From NCBI GenBank assembly GCA_041690595.1, contig JAWLHB010000015.1, forward strand, positions 124,001-161,874: 37,874 bases of DNA, read 5' to 3'. Each line of letters opens with the position of its first letter. Positions within the stretch are counted from its first letter, which is position 1. The stretch comes from Lentisphaeria bacterium. GTDB taxonomy: Bacteria; Verrucomicrobiota; Lentisphaeria; JABSQK01; JAWLHB01. Under the pieces are notes generated by a model. The model was not told where the DNA came from, did no database searches, and was given only the letters and a program-made list of their open reading frames with translations. The position numbers and the translations under genes were made by a program. Below are positions 6,937-15,899 of this stretch, piece after piece.

Positions 6937-7788
6937 CTAGGTGTTGACGATCTCGCCGCCATTGGGGTGGAGTACCTGGCCGCTCATATAGCTGGCATCG
7001 CGACTCGCCAGAAAGACGTAGCAGGGCGCCACTTCGCACGGCTGCCCGGCCCGCCCGAGCGGCTGATCGCCGCCAAAGCTCTCCACCTTCTCATCGTCGA
7101 AGGTTGCGGGTATCAAGGGAGTCCAGATGGGGCCGGGTGCCACGGCATTCACGCGGATCTTGCGGTCGCTGAGCGTGCCGGAAAGGGAGCGTGTGAAGGC
7201 AACGATGGCCCCCTTGGTGGCGGCATAGTCGATCAAATGCGGGCTGCCCCGGTAGGCCGTCACGCTGGTCGTGTTGATGATGCAGTCACCCTCTTGCAGA
7301 TGCTTGTCGACCGCGCGCGCAAAGTGAAACATGCTGAAGACATTCGTGCGGAAGGTCCGTTCAACCTGAGCCGCGGTTACGCCCTCCAGGTCCTGGCTCG
7401 GATGCTGCTCCGCGGCATTGTTGACCAGGATGTTCAGGCGGCCGTACGCGTCGATGGTCTCCTGCACGCACGTCTGGCAGAAGTCTTCATCGCCGATGTC
7501 CCCCGCGATCAGGAGGCATTTGCCGCCGTGGCGTTCGACAATGCGGCGCGTATCTTCTGCATCCTCGTGTTCGTCCAGATAGACCAGTGTCAGGTTGGCC
7601 CCTTCTTTGGCAAAGGCGATGGCCACGGCACGGCCGATGCCGCTGTCCCCGCCCGTAATCAGTGCCACCTTTTCCTTCAGCTTGTCACTGGCTCGATACT
7701 CCGGATCGTCCGTCTGCGGCTTGGGATTCATCCGGCTGCGCTCACCAGGCTGCTTGTCCTGATGCTGTGGGGGAAACTGCTTGCTCAT
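6937..7788 (-). CDS. SDR family oxidoreductase (general stress protein 39 / YdaD-YhdF-like)
   Basis: N-terminal 'FPPQHQ..QPG....MNPKP', TGGDSGIG, NNAA, YAATK catalytic motif, 'VNAVAPGPIWTPLIP' and 'GQVLHPNGG'. Confidence 0.95.
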   Translation of the reverse strand: MSKQFPPQHQDKQPGERSRMNPKPQTDDPEYRASDKLKEKVALITGGDSGIGRAVAIAFAKEGANLTLVYLDEHEDAEDTRRIVERHGGKCLLIAGDIGDEDFCQTCVQETIDAYGRLNILVNNAAEQHPSQDLEGVTAAQVERTFRTNVFSMFHFARAVDKHLQEGDCIINTTSVTAYRGSPHLIDYAATKGAIVAFTRSLSGTLSDRKIRVNAVAPGPIWTPLIPATFDDEKVESFGGDQPLGRAGQPCEVAPCYVFLASRDASYMSGQVLHPNGGEIVNT

Positions 7789-7811
7789 GTGACTGTGCTC
7801 CACTGCAAAGG

Positions 7812-7841
7812 TTGTCAATTGACAAAGGTGTTCGTGTCAAT
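7812..7841. promoter_or_regulatory. Candidate operator upstream of the SDR gene
   Basis: Perfect 14-bp palindrome TTGTCAATTGACAA (7812-7825) overlapping ATTGACA-N10-TGTCAAT (7818-7841). Confidence 0.4.
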
Positions 7842-7991
7842 CGTTACCAATTCAGCAGATTCAATGCCAGCGCCGTCAGCCAGGAAAGAGGGCAGACCTC
7901 TCTCCGAGCTGTACAGCTAGGTAAGCACCAGGTGTCATCGGCAAGCAACGATCGTGCGGCGTCGCTTTCATCGCCGCCGCCGCCCGATCCG

Positions 7992-9122
7992 TCAGGCTCC
8001 GGCAGTCTGCAGCCGCGGCACTTCGATCTCGGCAGGAACCGGACCAGTGGAGTCACGCAGCTTCAGCATCACGTGCAGATGTTGCGTGGGCACCATGCCG
8101 TCCGGGGCTTCCAGAGACTCGTGCAGCATCTCGAGCGCCACCCGCGCGGCTTCATCGCGCGGAATCTGCGCTGTCGTGGCCGCGGGATAAAGCATTTCGG
8201 CGATGGGATCGTCGTTCGTTCCCACGACGCTCAGTTGATGGCCGATCTCCAGCCCCAGCGCACTTGCCGCGCGATAAACCTGTGGCAGATGATCGTCCGC
8301 GCAGATCAGGGCGGTTGGACGTTGATCGCTCGACAGCATCTGCTGCACGACGGCGTGCCGTTCCTCGGGCTTGTTGCCGGCATAACGGATCCAGTCACTC
8401 TTCACCGGCAGTGCGCGATCGAGGCAGATGCGGTAGAACGCTTCCCGGCGCAGCACCAGGTCGCGATGAAAGGTCCCTTCGCGTATGCTGTGCAGAAAGC
8501 CGATCCGGCGATGGCCCAGCGCCAGCAGATGCTCCACCTGCAGCTCCACGACCTGAACGGGATCGATCAGCAGGCTGTTCAACGGCATGTCGGAAGCTAC
8601 CGCCGGAAAGAGATTCACATAGGGAATCTCACGATCGTGGAAGTTGTCCAGCAGCTCCACCGCGGGCAGATTGATCAGGACCAGACCTTCGCAGGAGGAA
8701 TTGGTCAGGACGATATCCAGATGCGTCAGCATCTCTTCCTGCGTGGGGATAAGATGGAAGCGAACATTCTGGCCGCCAGCCGTTGCATTCGCGGTCAACT
8801 CGCGCAACAACTCGTCGTGAAAAGGTGCCAGGCGGCGGCGGTCGGCTTCACTCTGAAAATAAACCAGATCGACCTGATCGAGGCGCAGAAGGCGATCCTT
8901 GGCCGTCGATTTCTTGTTGCCCATGAAGATGCCGCGCTGTGGCTGAACTTCTACCAGGCCGTCCTTCTCGAACTCCCGCACCACTTCATTGACCGTGCCG
9001 GGCCCCACCTGACAGTTGGTCATGATCTGGCGAAAAGAAGGCAGCATCTCTCCGGGCTTCTTGCACCGCATGTAACGCTTCAGGTACCGTGCCACTCGAT
9101 CCCGTGTATTGACTCTGGTCAT
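7992..9122 (-). CDS. Transcriptional regulator, GntR-type wHTH fused to a LacI-type periplasmic-binding sensor domain
   Basis: 'PGEMLPSFRQI...VGPGTV....EKDGLV..QPQRGIF', then 'VEHLLALGHRRIGFL', 'PTALICADD' and 'LSVVGTND'. GGAGG RBS precedes the ATG at 9122. Confidence 0.9.
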   Translation of the reverse strand: MTRVNTRDRVARYLKRYMRCKKPGEMLPSFRQIMTNCQVGPGTVNEVVREFEKDGLVEVQPQRGIFMGNKKSTAKDRLLRLDQVDLVYFQSEADRRRLAPFHDELLRELTANATAGGQNVRFHLIPTQEEMLTHLDIVLTNSSCEGLVLINLPAVELLDNFHDREIPYVNLFPAVASDMPLNSLLIDPVQVVELQVEHLLALGHRRIGFLHSIREGTFHRDLVLRREAFYRICLDRALPVKSDWIRYAGNKPEERHAVVQQMLSSDQRPTALICADDHLPQVYRAASALGLEIGHQLSVVGTNDDPIAEMLYPAATTAQIPRDEAARVALEMLHESLEAPDGMVPTQHLHVMLKLRDSTGPVPAEIEVPRLQTAGA

Positions 9123-9479
9123 GGATACCTCCCTGTGATTATCCGAATACACAATAACAGGCTCGTTAAATTAGTCAATTGAAATCGCTTTGATTAATTC
9201 ATTATTTCTTTACGGCGAATGAATGAACAGCGCCACTTGAACTCAAAACAGCCGCGAGCCGGCACGGCTGTTACCCGATATAGCCAGTTAACACAGTAGT
9301 AACGCGCACTGTTCGGCTAATCTCTTCGATTCACGCGAACAGTATACTTTGGTACATAAGCACATATGCCCGTTCCAACCTCTTTTTTCGCAAATCTGTT
9401 ATTTGTTCATCATTCTCCGCAAGGGGAGTGGAAAGCGCGCCGAGACGGGGTCTACTAGGCACAACGCGGGAGATCGTCC

Positions 9480-11072
9480 ATGAGTATCGAATCATCGTGT
9501 TCAGGAGCGGAGCAGCTCCGAGACTTGGAACTTGTCACCCAGAATCTTACTCTCGGCCTCGTGCAGTATGATGGTGCGGGCTGCGTCTTGACAGCCAATG
9601 CCGCCGCTGAACGTATCTTTGACATGACGTTGCACCACCTCCGCGAGATCCCCTTCCAGCCCCCTTGGCGGATGGTCAGCGAAGACGGTAAGATACTGCC
9701 GGAGGACGAGCAGCCTGTTCCCGTCGCCCTGCGCCAGGGAGAGTCTCACGAACAGGTGGTCGGCTTGCACTGGGAGGATCAGGCATGTACGTGGCTCAAG
9801 GTCACCGTCCTGCCGATTGCCTCACCGGACGGCAGCCAGAGCCGGGCCTACGGCATCTTTGAAGAGATCACGGAGGCAAGGCGCATGAGGCAAGAGCTGG
9901 AGCGGCTGGAAAACAGCCTCCGACAGGCGCAGAAGATGGAAGCCATAGGTCATCTGGCCGGCGGCGTTGCCCATGATTTCAACAATCTGCTGACCATCAT
10001 CCTCGGCCAGGCACAGATGCTCGATCTCTTTCTGGAGTCGCCCGCGCTGCGTGAGAAGGTGAACGAGATCCAGAAGGCCGGCGAGCGGGCCAGCGCCCTG
10101 ACCCGCCAATTGCTCGCTTTCAGCCGCAAGCAGGAAGCCAAGCCGAAGCTGCTCAACCTGAACAGCGTCATCCGGAATGCCGTCAAGATGTTGCACCGCC
10201 TGATTGGTGAGGATATCGAGCTGCGACTGGATCTGGCGGAGAATCTGCCCCATGTCCATGCGGATCCGGGGCAGCTCGACCAGGTTATCCTCAACCTCAG
10301 CGTCAATGCCCGAGATGCCATGCCGGATGGTGGCGTGCTGACCATCCGAACCCGGTGCTGTGACAGCAGCGCCTGCCATCATTCCTGCGACGCCCACTGT
10401 GAAGGGGGAGTTGTCATGGAGATCGGTGACACCGGCTGCGGCATGGATTCTGAAACCTGCAGCCGCATCTTCGAACCCTTCTTCACCACCAAGGAGAAAG
10501 ATCAGGGCACCGGCCTTGGACTGGCTACTGTCCATGGCATCATCAAGCAGAGCAAGGGCCACATTCGCGCCAATAGCCAGCCTGGCGTCGGTACCTCGAT
10601 GATCGTCTGCCTGCCGGCCGTTACTCCGTTGGAAGAGAGCTACCACGAGCAGTCCGGCATGCGCACCCATCTGAATGGTGGCGCACAGACCATCCTGGTA
10701 GTGGAGGACGAAGAAAACCTGCGTTCGCTGGCGCATGAGGTCCTCGATTATGCCGGCTACAGTGTTCTGCTCGCCGCCAACGCGGAAGAAGCCCTCCAGA
10801 TTCTGCGAAATCGCGAGAGCAGGATCGAGCTGCTGTTGACGGATGTGGTCATGCCGGGCATCAACGGCATCAGCCTTGCCAGGCAGGCACAAGCCATTTT
10901 GCCTCACCTACGGATTCTCTACATGTCCGGCTATACCGATCGGGTCCGTGATATCGCCGCGCTTGACCCCAACGCCTTCCTCCACAAGCCATTTACGCCC
11001 CAGCAGCTGGTCGACAAGCTTGGCGCCCTGTTCAACGCGGACCCAGCCGGCGACCGGCCGAAAAAGCCGTAG
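9480..11072 (+). CDS. Cytoplasmic hybrid sensor kinase (PAS-HisKA-HATPase-REC), CckA-like architecture
   Basis: PAS, then 'QAQKMEAIGHLAGGVAHDFNNLL', 'NLSVNARDAMP', 'DTGCGM', 'IFEPFFTTK..GTGLGL', and receiver 'ILVVEDE...LLLTDVVMP...MSGY...KPF'. Confidence 0.95.
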   Translation: MSIESSCSGAEQLRDLELVTQNLTLGLVQYDGAGCVLTANAAAERIFDMTLHHLREIPFQPPWRMVSEDGKILPEDEQPVPVALRQGESHEQVVGLHWEDQACTWLKVTVLPIASPDGSQSRAYGIFEEITEARRMRQELERLENSLRQAQKMEAIGHLAGGVAHDFNNLLTIILGQAQMLDLFLESPALREKVNEIQKAGERASALTRQLLAFSRKQEAKPKLLNLNSVIRNAVKMLHRLIGEDIELRLDLAENLPHVHADPGQLDQVILNLSVNARDAMPDGGVLTIRTRCCDSSACHHSCDAHCEGGVVMEIGDTGCGMDSETCSRIFEPFFTTKEKDQGTGLGLATVHGIIKQSKGHIRANSQPGVGTSMIVCLPAVTPLEESYHEQSGMRTHLNGGAQTILVVEDEENLRSLAHEVLDYAGYSVLLAANAEEALQILRNRESRIELLLTDVVMPGINGISLARQAQAILPHLRILYMSGYTDRVRDIAALDPNAFLHKPFTPQQLVDKLGALFNADPAGDRPKKP

Positions 11073-11086
11073 GGGAGCGGACCGGC

Positions 11087-12052
11087 TCAGCCACGCGATT
11101 CGGCGATCATGCCGATCACCGCATCGATCTCTTCCATGGCCGAAGCCCAGTCATCCGGCCGTTGGTTGGCCGACTTTGCCATGAGGCGCTGAATCAGCTG
11201 GGTCGTCATTTCGCTGAGATTGGGATTCAGCCGCCTGGGATCTTCGGGCTTCGAAAAGAGATGCTTGCGCACCAGGTCCATCGGATCCTTGCCCGTAAAG
11301 GGATAGCAATCGGTCACCACATGATAGAGGGTGGCGCCGAGGGAATACATGTCCGCCCGGAAATCGATGGGTTTGCCGGGGGCGCACTGTTCCGGGCTCA
11401 TGTAGATCGGTGTGCCGAGTATCGTATCTTCCTCGGTCAACTGGGTGAAATCGTACATGAGGCTTTTGGCGATGCCCAGATCCATCAACTTCGTTCGTCC
11501 GTCATAGCTCACCATGATATTGGCCGGCTTGATATCCCGGTGGATGAGCTGCTTCGCGCCCCAGGCATAGTCCAGCGCCGCGGCGACGTCACGGCAGATC
11601 GAGAGCGCGTCCACTTCCGCCAGGGGCCCATGATCCCGCAGCAGATGCGTCAGCGTCTGCCCATCCACATACTCCATCGCCAGGTACATGTAATCGCCGA
11701 CACTGTCCATGTCATGGATGCGGATGATGTTCTCATGCTGCAGCGAACTGGCGTTGCGCGCTTCGCGATAGAACCGCTTGACGTCGACCATGCTCGAATC
11801 ATCGAGAAATAAGACCTTTACCGCCACCTGTTCATCGCTCTCCGTGTTGCGCGCCAGGTGAACTTCGCTGCTGCTGCCCGCACCGATCGGGTAGAGCACT
11901 TCGTACTTGCCGAAGCGTTCCCCCGGGTTGATTCGCAGGCTCGGCACGATGCACTCGATCCCGCAATTCTCGCAGACGTAAACGGAGCCGATATCCTTCT
12001 GGTCGGCCGTGAAAGGACTCTGACAGTCCGGACAGATGCTTTCGATCATCAT
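11087..12052 (-). CDS. Hanks-type Ser/Thr protein kinase with N-terminal zinc ribbon
   Basis: N-terminal CPDC...CENC; VAVK, HRDIKPANI, DLGIA, GTPIYMSPEQ, DMYSLG. The start overlaps the thpR stop (ATGA). Confidence 0.93.
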   Translation of the reverse strand: MMIESICPDCQSPFTADQKDIGSVYVCENCGIECIVPSLRINPGERFGKYEVLYPIGAGSSSEVHLARNTESDEQVAVKVLFLDDSSMVDVKRFYREARNASSLQHENIIRIHDMDSVGDYMYLAMEYVDGQTLTHLLRDHGPLAEVDALSICRDVAAALDYAWGAKQLIHRDIKPANIMVSYDGRTKLMDLGIAKSLMYDFTQLTEEDTILGTPIYMSPEQCAPGKPIDFRADMYSLGATLYHVVTDCYPFTGKDPMDLVRKHLFSKPEDPRRLNPNLSEMTTQLIQRLMAKSANQRPDDWASAMEEIDAVIGMIAESRG

Positions 12053-12624
12053 GAGGTGGCTGCTTGCTCCAGCGGATAGACGCGAAGGTTGTCGTATTGA
12101 GCCCCGTCGGCCGTCAGGATCGATCGTTTCAGACTGAATTCCCGGACCGTGAACCGGCACTCCGGCACTCGGCATGCCCCGACCGCTTCAAGAAAGCGGC
12201 GACGTTGGCTGACTCGCTTGATGCGGGCAATCGTCAGATGACTCATGAATTGGCGCTCGGCTTCGAATTCATCAGCCAAGGCAGCGTCAATGGCTTGCTG
12301 AAGCTCGATAACCGCCTCACCCGCCAGATGAATCCACATAATCCGCAAGGGGCCGTCGGCAGAGAAGAGACCCAGCTCGCCCAACCAGCATTCCACGGGC
12401 GGCAGGCGAACCGCCTCCAGGCGCGCAGCGATATCATCGAGCCGTTCCGCCGGCTGCTCGCCCAGAAACTTGAGGGTGAGGTGCAGGTTGTGCGGTGGCG
12501 TAAAGCGGGCGGTCAGCCCCTCATAACGCCGCCACTCTTCCTGCACCCCCACCACGCAATCGCGAGCGACGGAGGGAATGTCCAACGCGACAAAGAGTCG
12601 CACCTGCTCAGCCTGCTTGCTCAT
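12049..12624 (-). CDS. thpR: RNA 2',3'-cyclic phosphodiesterase (2H phosphoesterase, LigT/ThpR)
   Basis: 'RLFVAL', two HxT motifs (HLTLKFLGE, HLTIAR), C-terminal 'SILT..GA.Y'. Confidence 0.93.
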   Translation of the reverse strand: MSKQAEQVRLFVALDIPSVARDCVVGVQEEWRRYEGLTARFTPPHNLHLTLKFLGEQPAERLDDIAARLEAVRLPPVECWLGELGLFSADGPLRIMWIHLAGEAVIELQQAIDAALADEFEAERQFMSHLTIARIKRVSQRRRFLEAVGACRVPECRFTVREFSLKRSILTADGAQYDNLRVYPLEQAATS

Positions 12625-12641
12625 GCCGGACTTTCCTGGGA

Positions 12642-13271
12642 CTACGTATTGGCCTGGATGACCGCTTCGCGCGCCAGCTTCGTCACCGATGCCCAGTCAC
12701 CACCCTTCAGGTATTCCGAAGCGACCATCCAGCTGCCGCCAGCCGCGATCACCGTCTTCAACTCCAGATAGGAGCGCAGATTCTCGGAGGTGACCCCGCC
12801 AGTCGGGATGAAGGAGACGCCGGTATGCGCGTATGGGGCGGAGAGCGCCTTCAGCGACTTGGCGCCGCCCAATGCGCCGGCCGGGAAAAATTTCAGAATC
12901 CTGCAGCCGAGCTCCAGCGCCGCCTCGATATCCGTCGGTGTCGCGACACCCGGATAGAAGGGAAGACCGATACGCTGCGCTTCGCTGATCACCTTCGGGT
13001 TGCTGCCCGGTGCGACCGCGAACTTGGCGCCGGCATTCAGGGCGCGGGCCAGGTCCACGGTATTGAGGATCGTTCCGGCTCCCACGAGCATCTCGGGAAA
13101 TGCCTTGCTCACCGCGCTGATCGCCGCTTCCGCCGCGCTGGTGCGGAAGGTTATCTCCGCCACCGGCAGATCCGCCGCCATCAACGCTTCGCACATCCTC
13201 AGCCCCTGGTCCACGGTATCCACGGACGCGACCGGTATCACCTTCACCCTTTTCAACGTTTCCAGCATCAT
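12642..13271 (-). CDS. eda: KDPG/KHG aldolase
   Basis: 'EITFRT', 'VGAGT', 'GAKFAVAPG', 'PGVATPTD', 'KFFPA', 'FIPTGGV' and 'GGSW'. Confidence 0.95.
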   Translation of the reverse strand: MMLETLKRVKVIPVASVDTVDQGLRMCEALMAADLPVAEITFRTSAAEAAISAVSKAFPEMLVGAGTILNTVDLARALNAGAKFAVAPGSNPKVISEAQRIGLPFYPGVATPTDIEAALELGCRILKFFPAGALGGAKSLKALSAPYAHTGVSFIPTGGVTSENLRSYLELKTVIAAGGSWMVASEYLKGGDWASVTKLAREAVIQANT

Positions 13272-13411
13272 GCGAGTACTCCCCACGGCATCTTTGGTAT
13301 GCGGCCGCCCGCTCTTGCAATTCAGCGGAATCGACCTAACTGTTTCAGTTGCAGAAGTCCTACACAATATCCCGGCGCGCACAGAAGACAAAAGGTTTTC
13401 AGGTTACCCGC

Positions 13412-14698
13412 ATGCAATTTGTCTCCCAGCACTCCCGCCTTCGCGGCACCGTTCACATTCCCGGCTCCAAGTCCCACACGATTCGCGCCGTTCTCCTCGC
13501 CTCGCTGGCAGATGGCGAGTCCGTGCTCGACGCTCCTCTGGCGTCCCAGGATACCGAGGCCGCCGTCCGCGTCTATCGTCAGCTCGGCGCCACCTTCGAG
13601 CTGGGCGACGAGCAGTGGCGCATCCGCGGCGTAGGCGTCGATTTCCGGGCGCCGAAGGACGAGCTGGATGTCGGCAATTCCGGTACCACCCTCCTTGTGG
13701 CGCTCGGCACCTGCACCCTGCTTGCCGAAGGTTCCGTCGTCCTTACCGGCGACCACCAGATTCGCCGCCGTCCGGGTGGCCCCCTCGTCCAGGCGTTCAA
13801 TCAGCTTGGCGCCGAGGTGCGCGATGTGCTCGGCAATGGCTGCGCTCCCTTCCAGGTGAGCGGTCGCCTGCGCGGTGGCCATGCCACCCTTGCGGCACCC
13901 ACCAGCCAGTACGTCACCAGCCTGCTCCTCGCCTGTCCACTGGCTGACGGTGACTCCGTCATCGATGTCACCCTGCTGCATGAGCGTCCCTACGTGCAGA
14001 TGACCCTCGACTGGCTGGCGCTCCAGGGCATCACCGTTCATCATGATGGGCTGATGCACTATGAAATCCCCGGCGGACAGCGCTTCTCCCCCTTCCAGCG
14101 TCGCATACCCGCCGATTTCTCCACCGCCACCTTTTTCCTCGTTGCCGGCGCCCTCGGCGACAATGCCATCACCTGCCGAGGCCTCGATATCGGCGATTCC
14201 CAGAGCGACAAGAAGGTCATCGACTTCCTCCGCGAGATGGGGGCGGAGATTCACATCGACGGCACCGACATCGCCGTCAGCGCCCCACACGGCCTCACCG
14301 GTGCGGACCTTGACCTCAACGACTGCCCGGACGCCCTGCCGATGATGGCCGTTGCCGGCTGTTTTGCCAAAGGGTGCACTCGGCTCCTCAACGTTCCGCA
14401 GGCGCGCATCAAGGAGACCGACCGAATCGCCGTCATGTGTGGCGAGCTGCGGAAGCTCGGGGCGACGATCGACGAGCTGCCGGATGGACTCGTTATCCGG
14501 GAGAGCCGCCTCCGCGCCGCCAGCGTCAATGGTCATGACGATCATCGCGTGGTCATGTCACTCGCTCTGGCGGGCACACAGGTGGCAGGCGAAACCCGGG
14601 TAGCTACTGCCCAGGCCGCCGCCGTTACCTACCCGGGCTTCGCCGACACGGTTCGCCTCCTCGGCGGCAATCTGCGCGCTGGTGACGATACTCCCTGA
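13412..14698 (+). CDS. aroA: 3-phosphoshikimate 1-carboxyvinyltransferase (EPSP synthase)
   Basis: 'PGSKSHTIR', 'DVGNSGTT', 'SQYVTSLLL', 'PYVQMT', 'RIKETDRI' and 'DDHRVVM'. Confidence 0.97.
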   Translation: MQFVSQHSRLRGTVHIPGSKSHTIRAVLLASLADGESVLDAPLASQDTEAAVRVYRQLGATFELGDEQWRIRGVGVDFRAPKDELDVGNSGTTLLVALGTCTLLAEGSVVLTGDHQIRRRPGGPLVQAFNQLGAEVRDVLGNGCAPFQVSGRLRGGHATLAAPTSQYVTSLLLACPLADGDSVIDVTLLHERPYVQMTLDWLALQGITVHHDGLMHYEIPGGQRFSPFQRRIPADFSTATFFLVAGALGDNAITCRGLDIGDSQSDKKVIDFLREMGAEIHIDGTDIAVSAPHGLTGADLDLNDCPDALPMMAVAGCFAKGCTRLLNVPQARIKETDRIAVMCGELRKLGATIDELPDGLVIRESRLRAASVNGHDDHRVVMSLALAGTQVAGETRVATAQAAAVTYPGFADTVRLLGGNLRAGDDTP

Positions 14699-14712
14699 TC
14701 CCGCCGCGCACT

Positions 14713-15849
14713 CTATCTGGCAAAGGCGAGGAAGAGGACAAGCACGGCCAGGATCGCGATCAGTACCGTCAGGGTAATCTTGATCCAGCTATAGGGGCGT
14801 TCACCCCGCACTTCGCCCGTACGCGCGTTCACCATGAAGCGGTAGACCCGCTGATTGTACTTGTAGGCGCTGAGCCAGACCGGCAGCAGGATGTGCTTGA
14901 AGGTCAGGTTGTCGTAGCTGGAACGCATGGAATGTATGCGCTGATGATCGCCGCCGATATCCCTCGCGACGGAGCGCCGGATTCGTTCGTTCATCAGCTC
15001 CCTGGCGATGGTGAAGCCCTCTTCCAGGCTCACCTGGTGCAGCTCGCTGCGAAAGCCGGCTATATACTGCTGATCGTACGGAACCAGATGCTCCAGATCC
15101 CACGGTTCCAGCTTGTTGACATGCGCCGCCGGCAACGACTTCGACCCGTTGACCAGAATATCGTCAAAGGAATTCCATACGGTGCCCGAGACGGAGCTCC
15201 ACCGGGTTCTGGTTTCCTGGCGGGTCCGGTGTTTTCCCTGAGCATCCCTATAGCTAACCGTCACCGTGTAATTGTCGCCGCGCTCGCCGCGATAGAAGGT
15301 GGTGGTGTCGCAGTCGTAGGTCCAGTGCGGCAGGTAGATACCGTTAACGTCATGGTCTCGGCGTGCCCGCTCCTTGAGACTACTGGGAGCGAACCAGAGG
15401 CCATGCAGCCAGTTGCGGAATCGTTCGCGCGCGACCTCGCGGGTCACCGAAAAGGGGAGGAGCGATGCCGGTTTGATCACCCGCCGCGGAATGGCCTTGT
15501 TGGTGATGCTGGTGCCACAGAAAGGACACGCGTCAGCCGCCACGTGGCTGTCCAGCGAGACGACCGCGCCGCAGGCGTCACAGCTGGTCGTCTCTTCGGC
15601 TTCATCCTCGCTATCCGTCAGCAACTGGCTCAGGTGGGCATGGTAATCCAGTTCTTCTATATCTTCTTCCGATCGCGGGATCGCATTTACGTGCCCGCAC
15701 CACGCACACGTCAACGAGGCGCAACCGGGGTTGAAGGTGAGTTCACCCCCGCACTGATGGCAGGGGAAGTGCCGCTGTCCGCTGTCGGCGGCGGGAGACT
15801 CCTCGAATGGGGGCGGTACGCCCTCTTCATCGATTGTCTTGCGGTTCAT
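14713..15849 (-). CDS. Double zinc-ribbon membrane-anchored protein (YdjG-like partner of an SPFH protein)
   Basis: Four CxxC pairs (CHQC, CAWC, CDAC, CPFC), 'GIYLPHWTYD', 'HILLPVW', 'VNARTGEVRGERPYS', C-terminal TM helix. Confidence 0.8.
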   Translation of the reverse strand: MNRKTIDEEGVPPPFEESPAADSGQRHFPCHQCGGELTFNPGCASLTCAWCGHVNAIPRSEEDIEELDYHAHLSQLLTDSEDEAEETTSCDACGAVVSLDSHVAADACPFCGTSITNKAIPRRVIKPASLLPFSVTREVARERFRNWLHGLWFAPSSLKERARRDHDVNGIYLPHWTYDCDTTTFYRGERGDNYTVTVSYRDAQGKHRTRQETRTRWSSVSGTVWNSFDDILVNGSKSLPAAHVNKLEPWDLEHLVPYDQQYIAGFRSELHQVSLEEGFTIARELMNERIRRSVARDIGGDHQRIHSMRSSYDNLTFKHILLPVWLSAYKYNQRVYRFMVNARTGEVRGERPYSWIKITLTVLIAILAVLVLFLAFAR

Positions 15850-15899
15850 CTTCTCCTTCTCCTCCTCCTGCCATTACGGATCCGCCGTAGTCCTGCCGC

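Noticed and set aside
9123..9479. AT-rich 357-bp gap as a possible ncRNA or riboswitch
   Set aside because: No recognisable RNA family or convincing long stem; adequately explained as a divergent promoter region.
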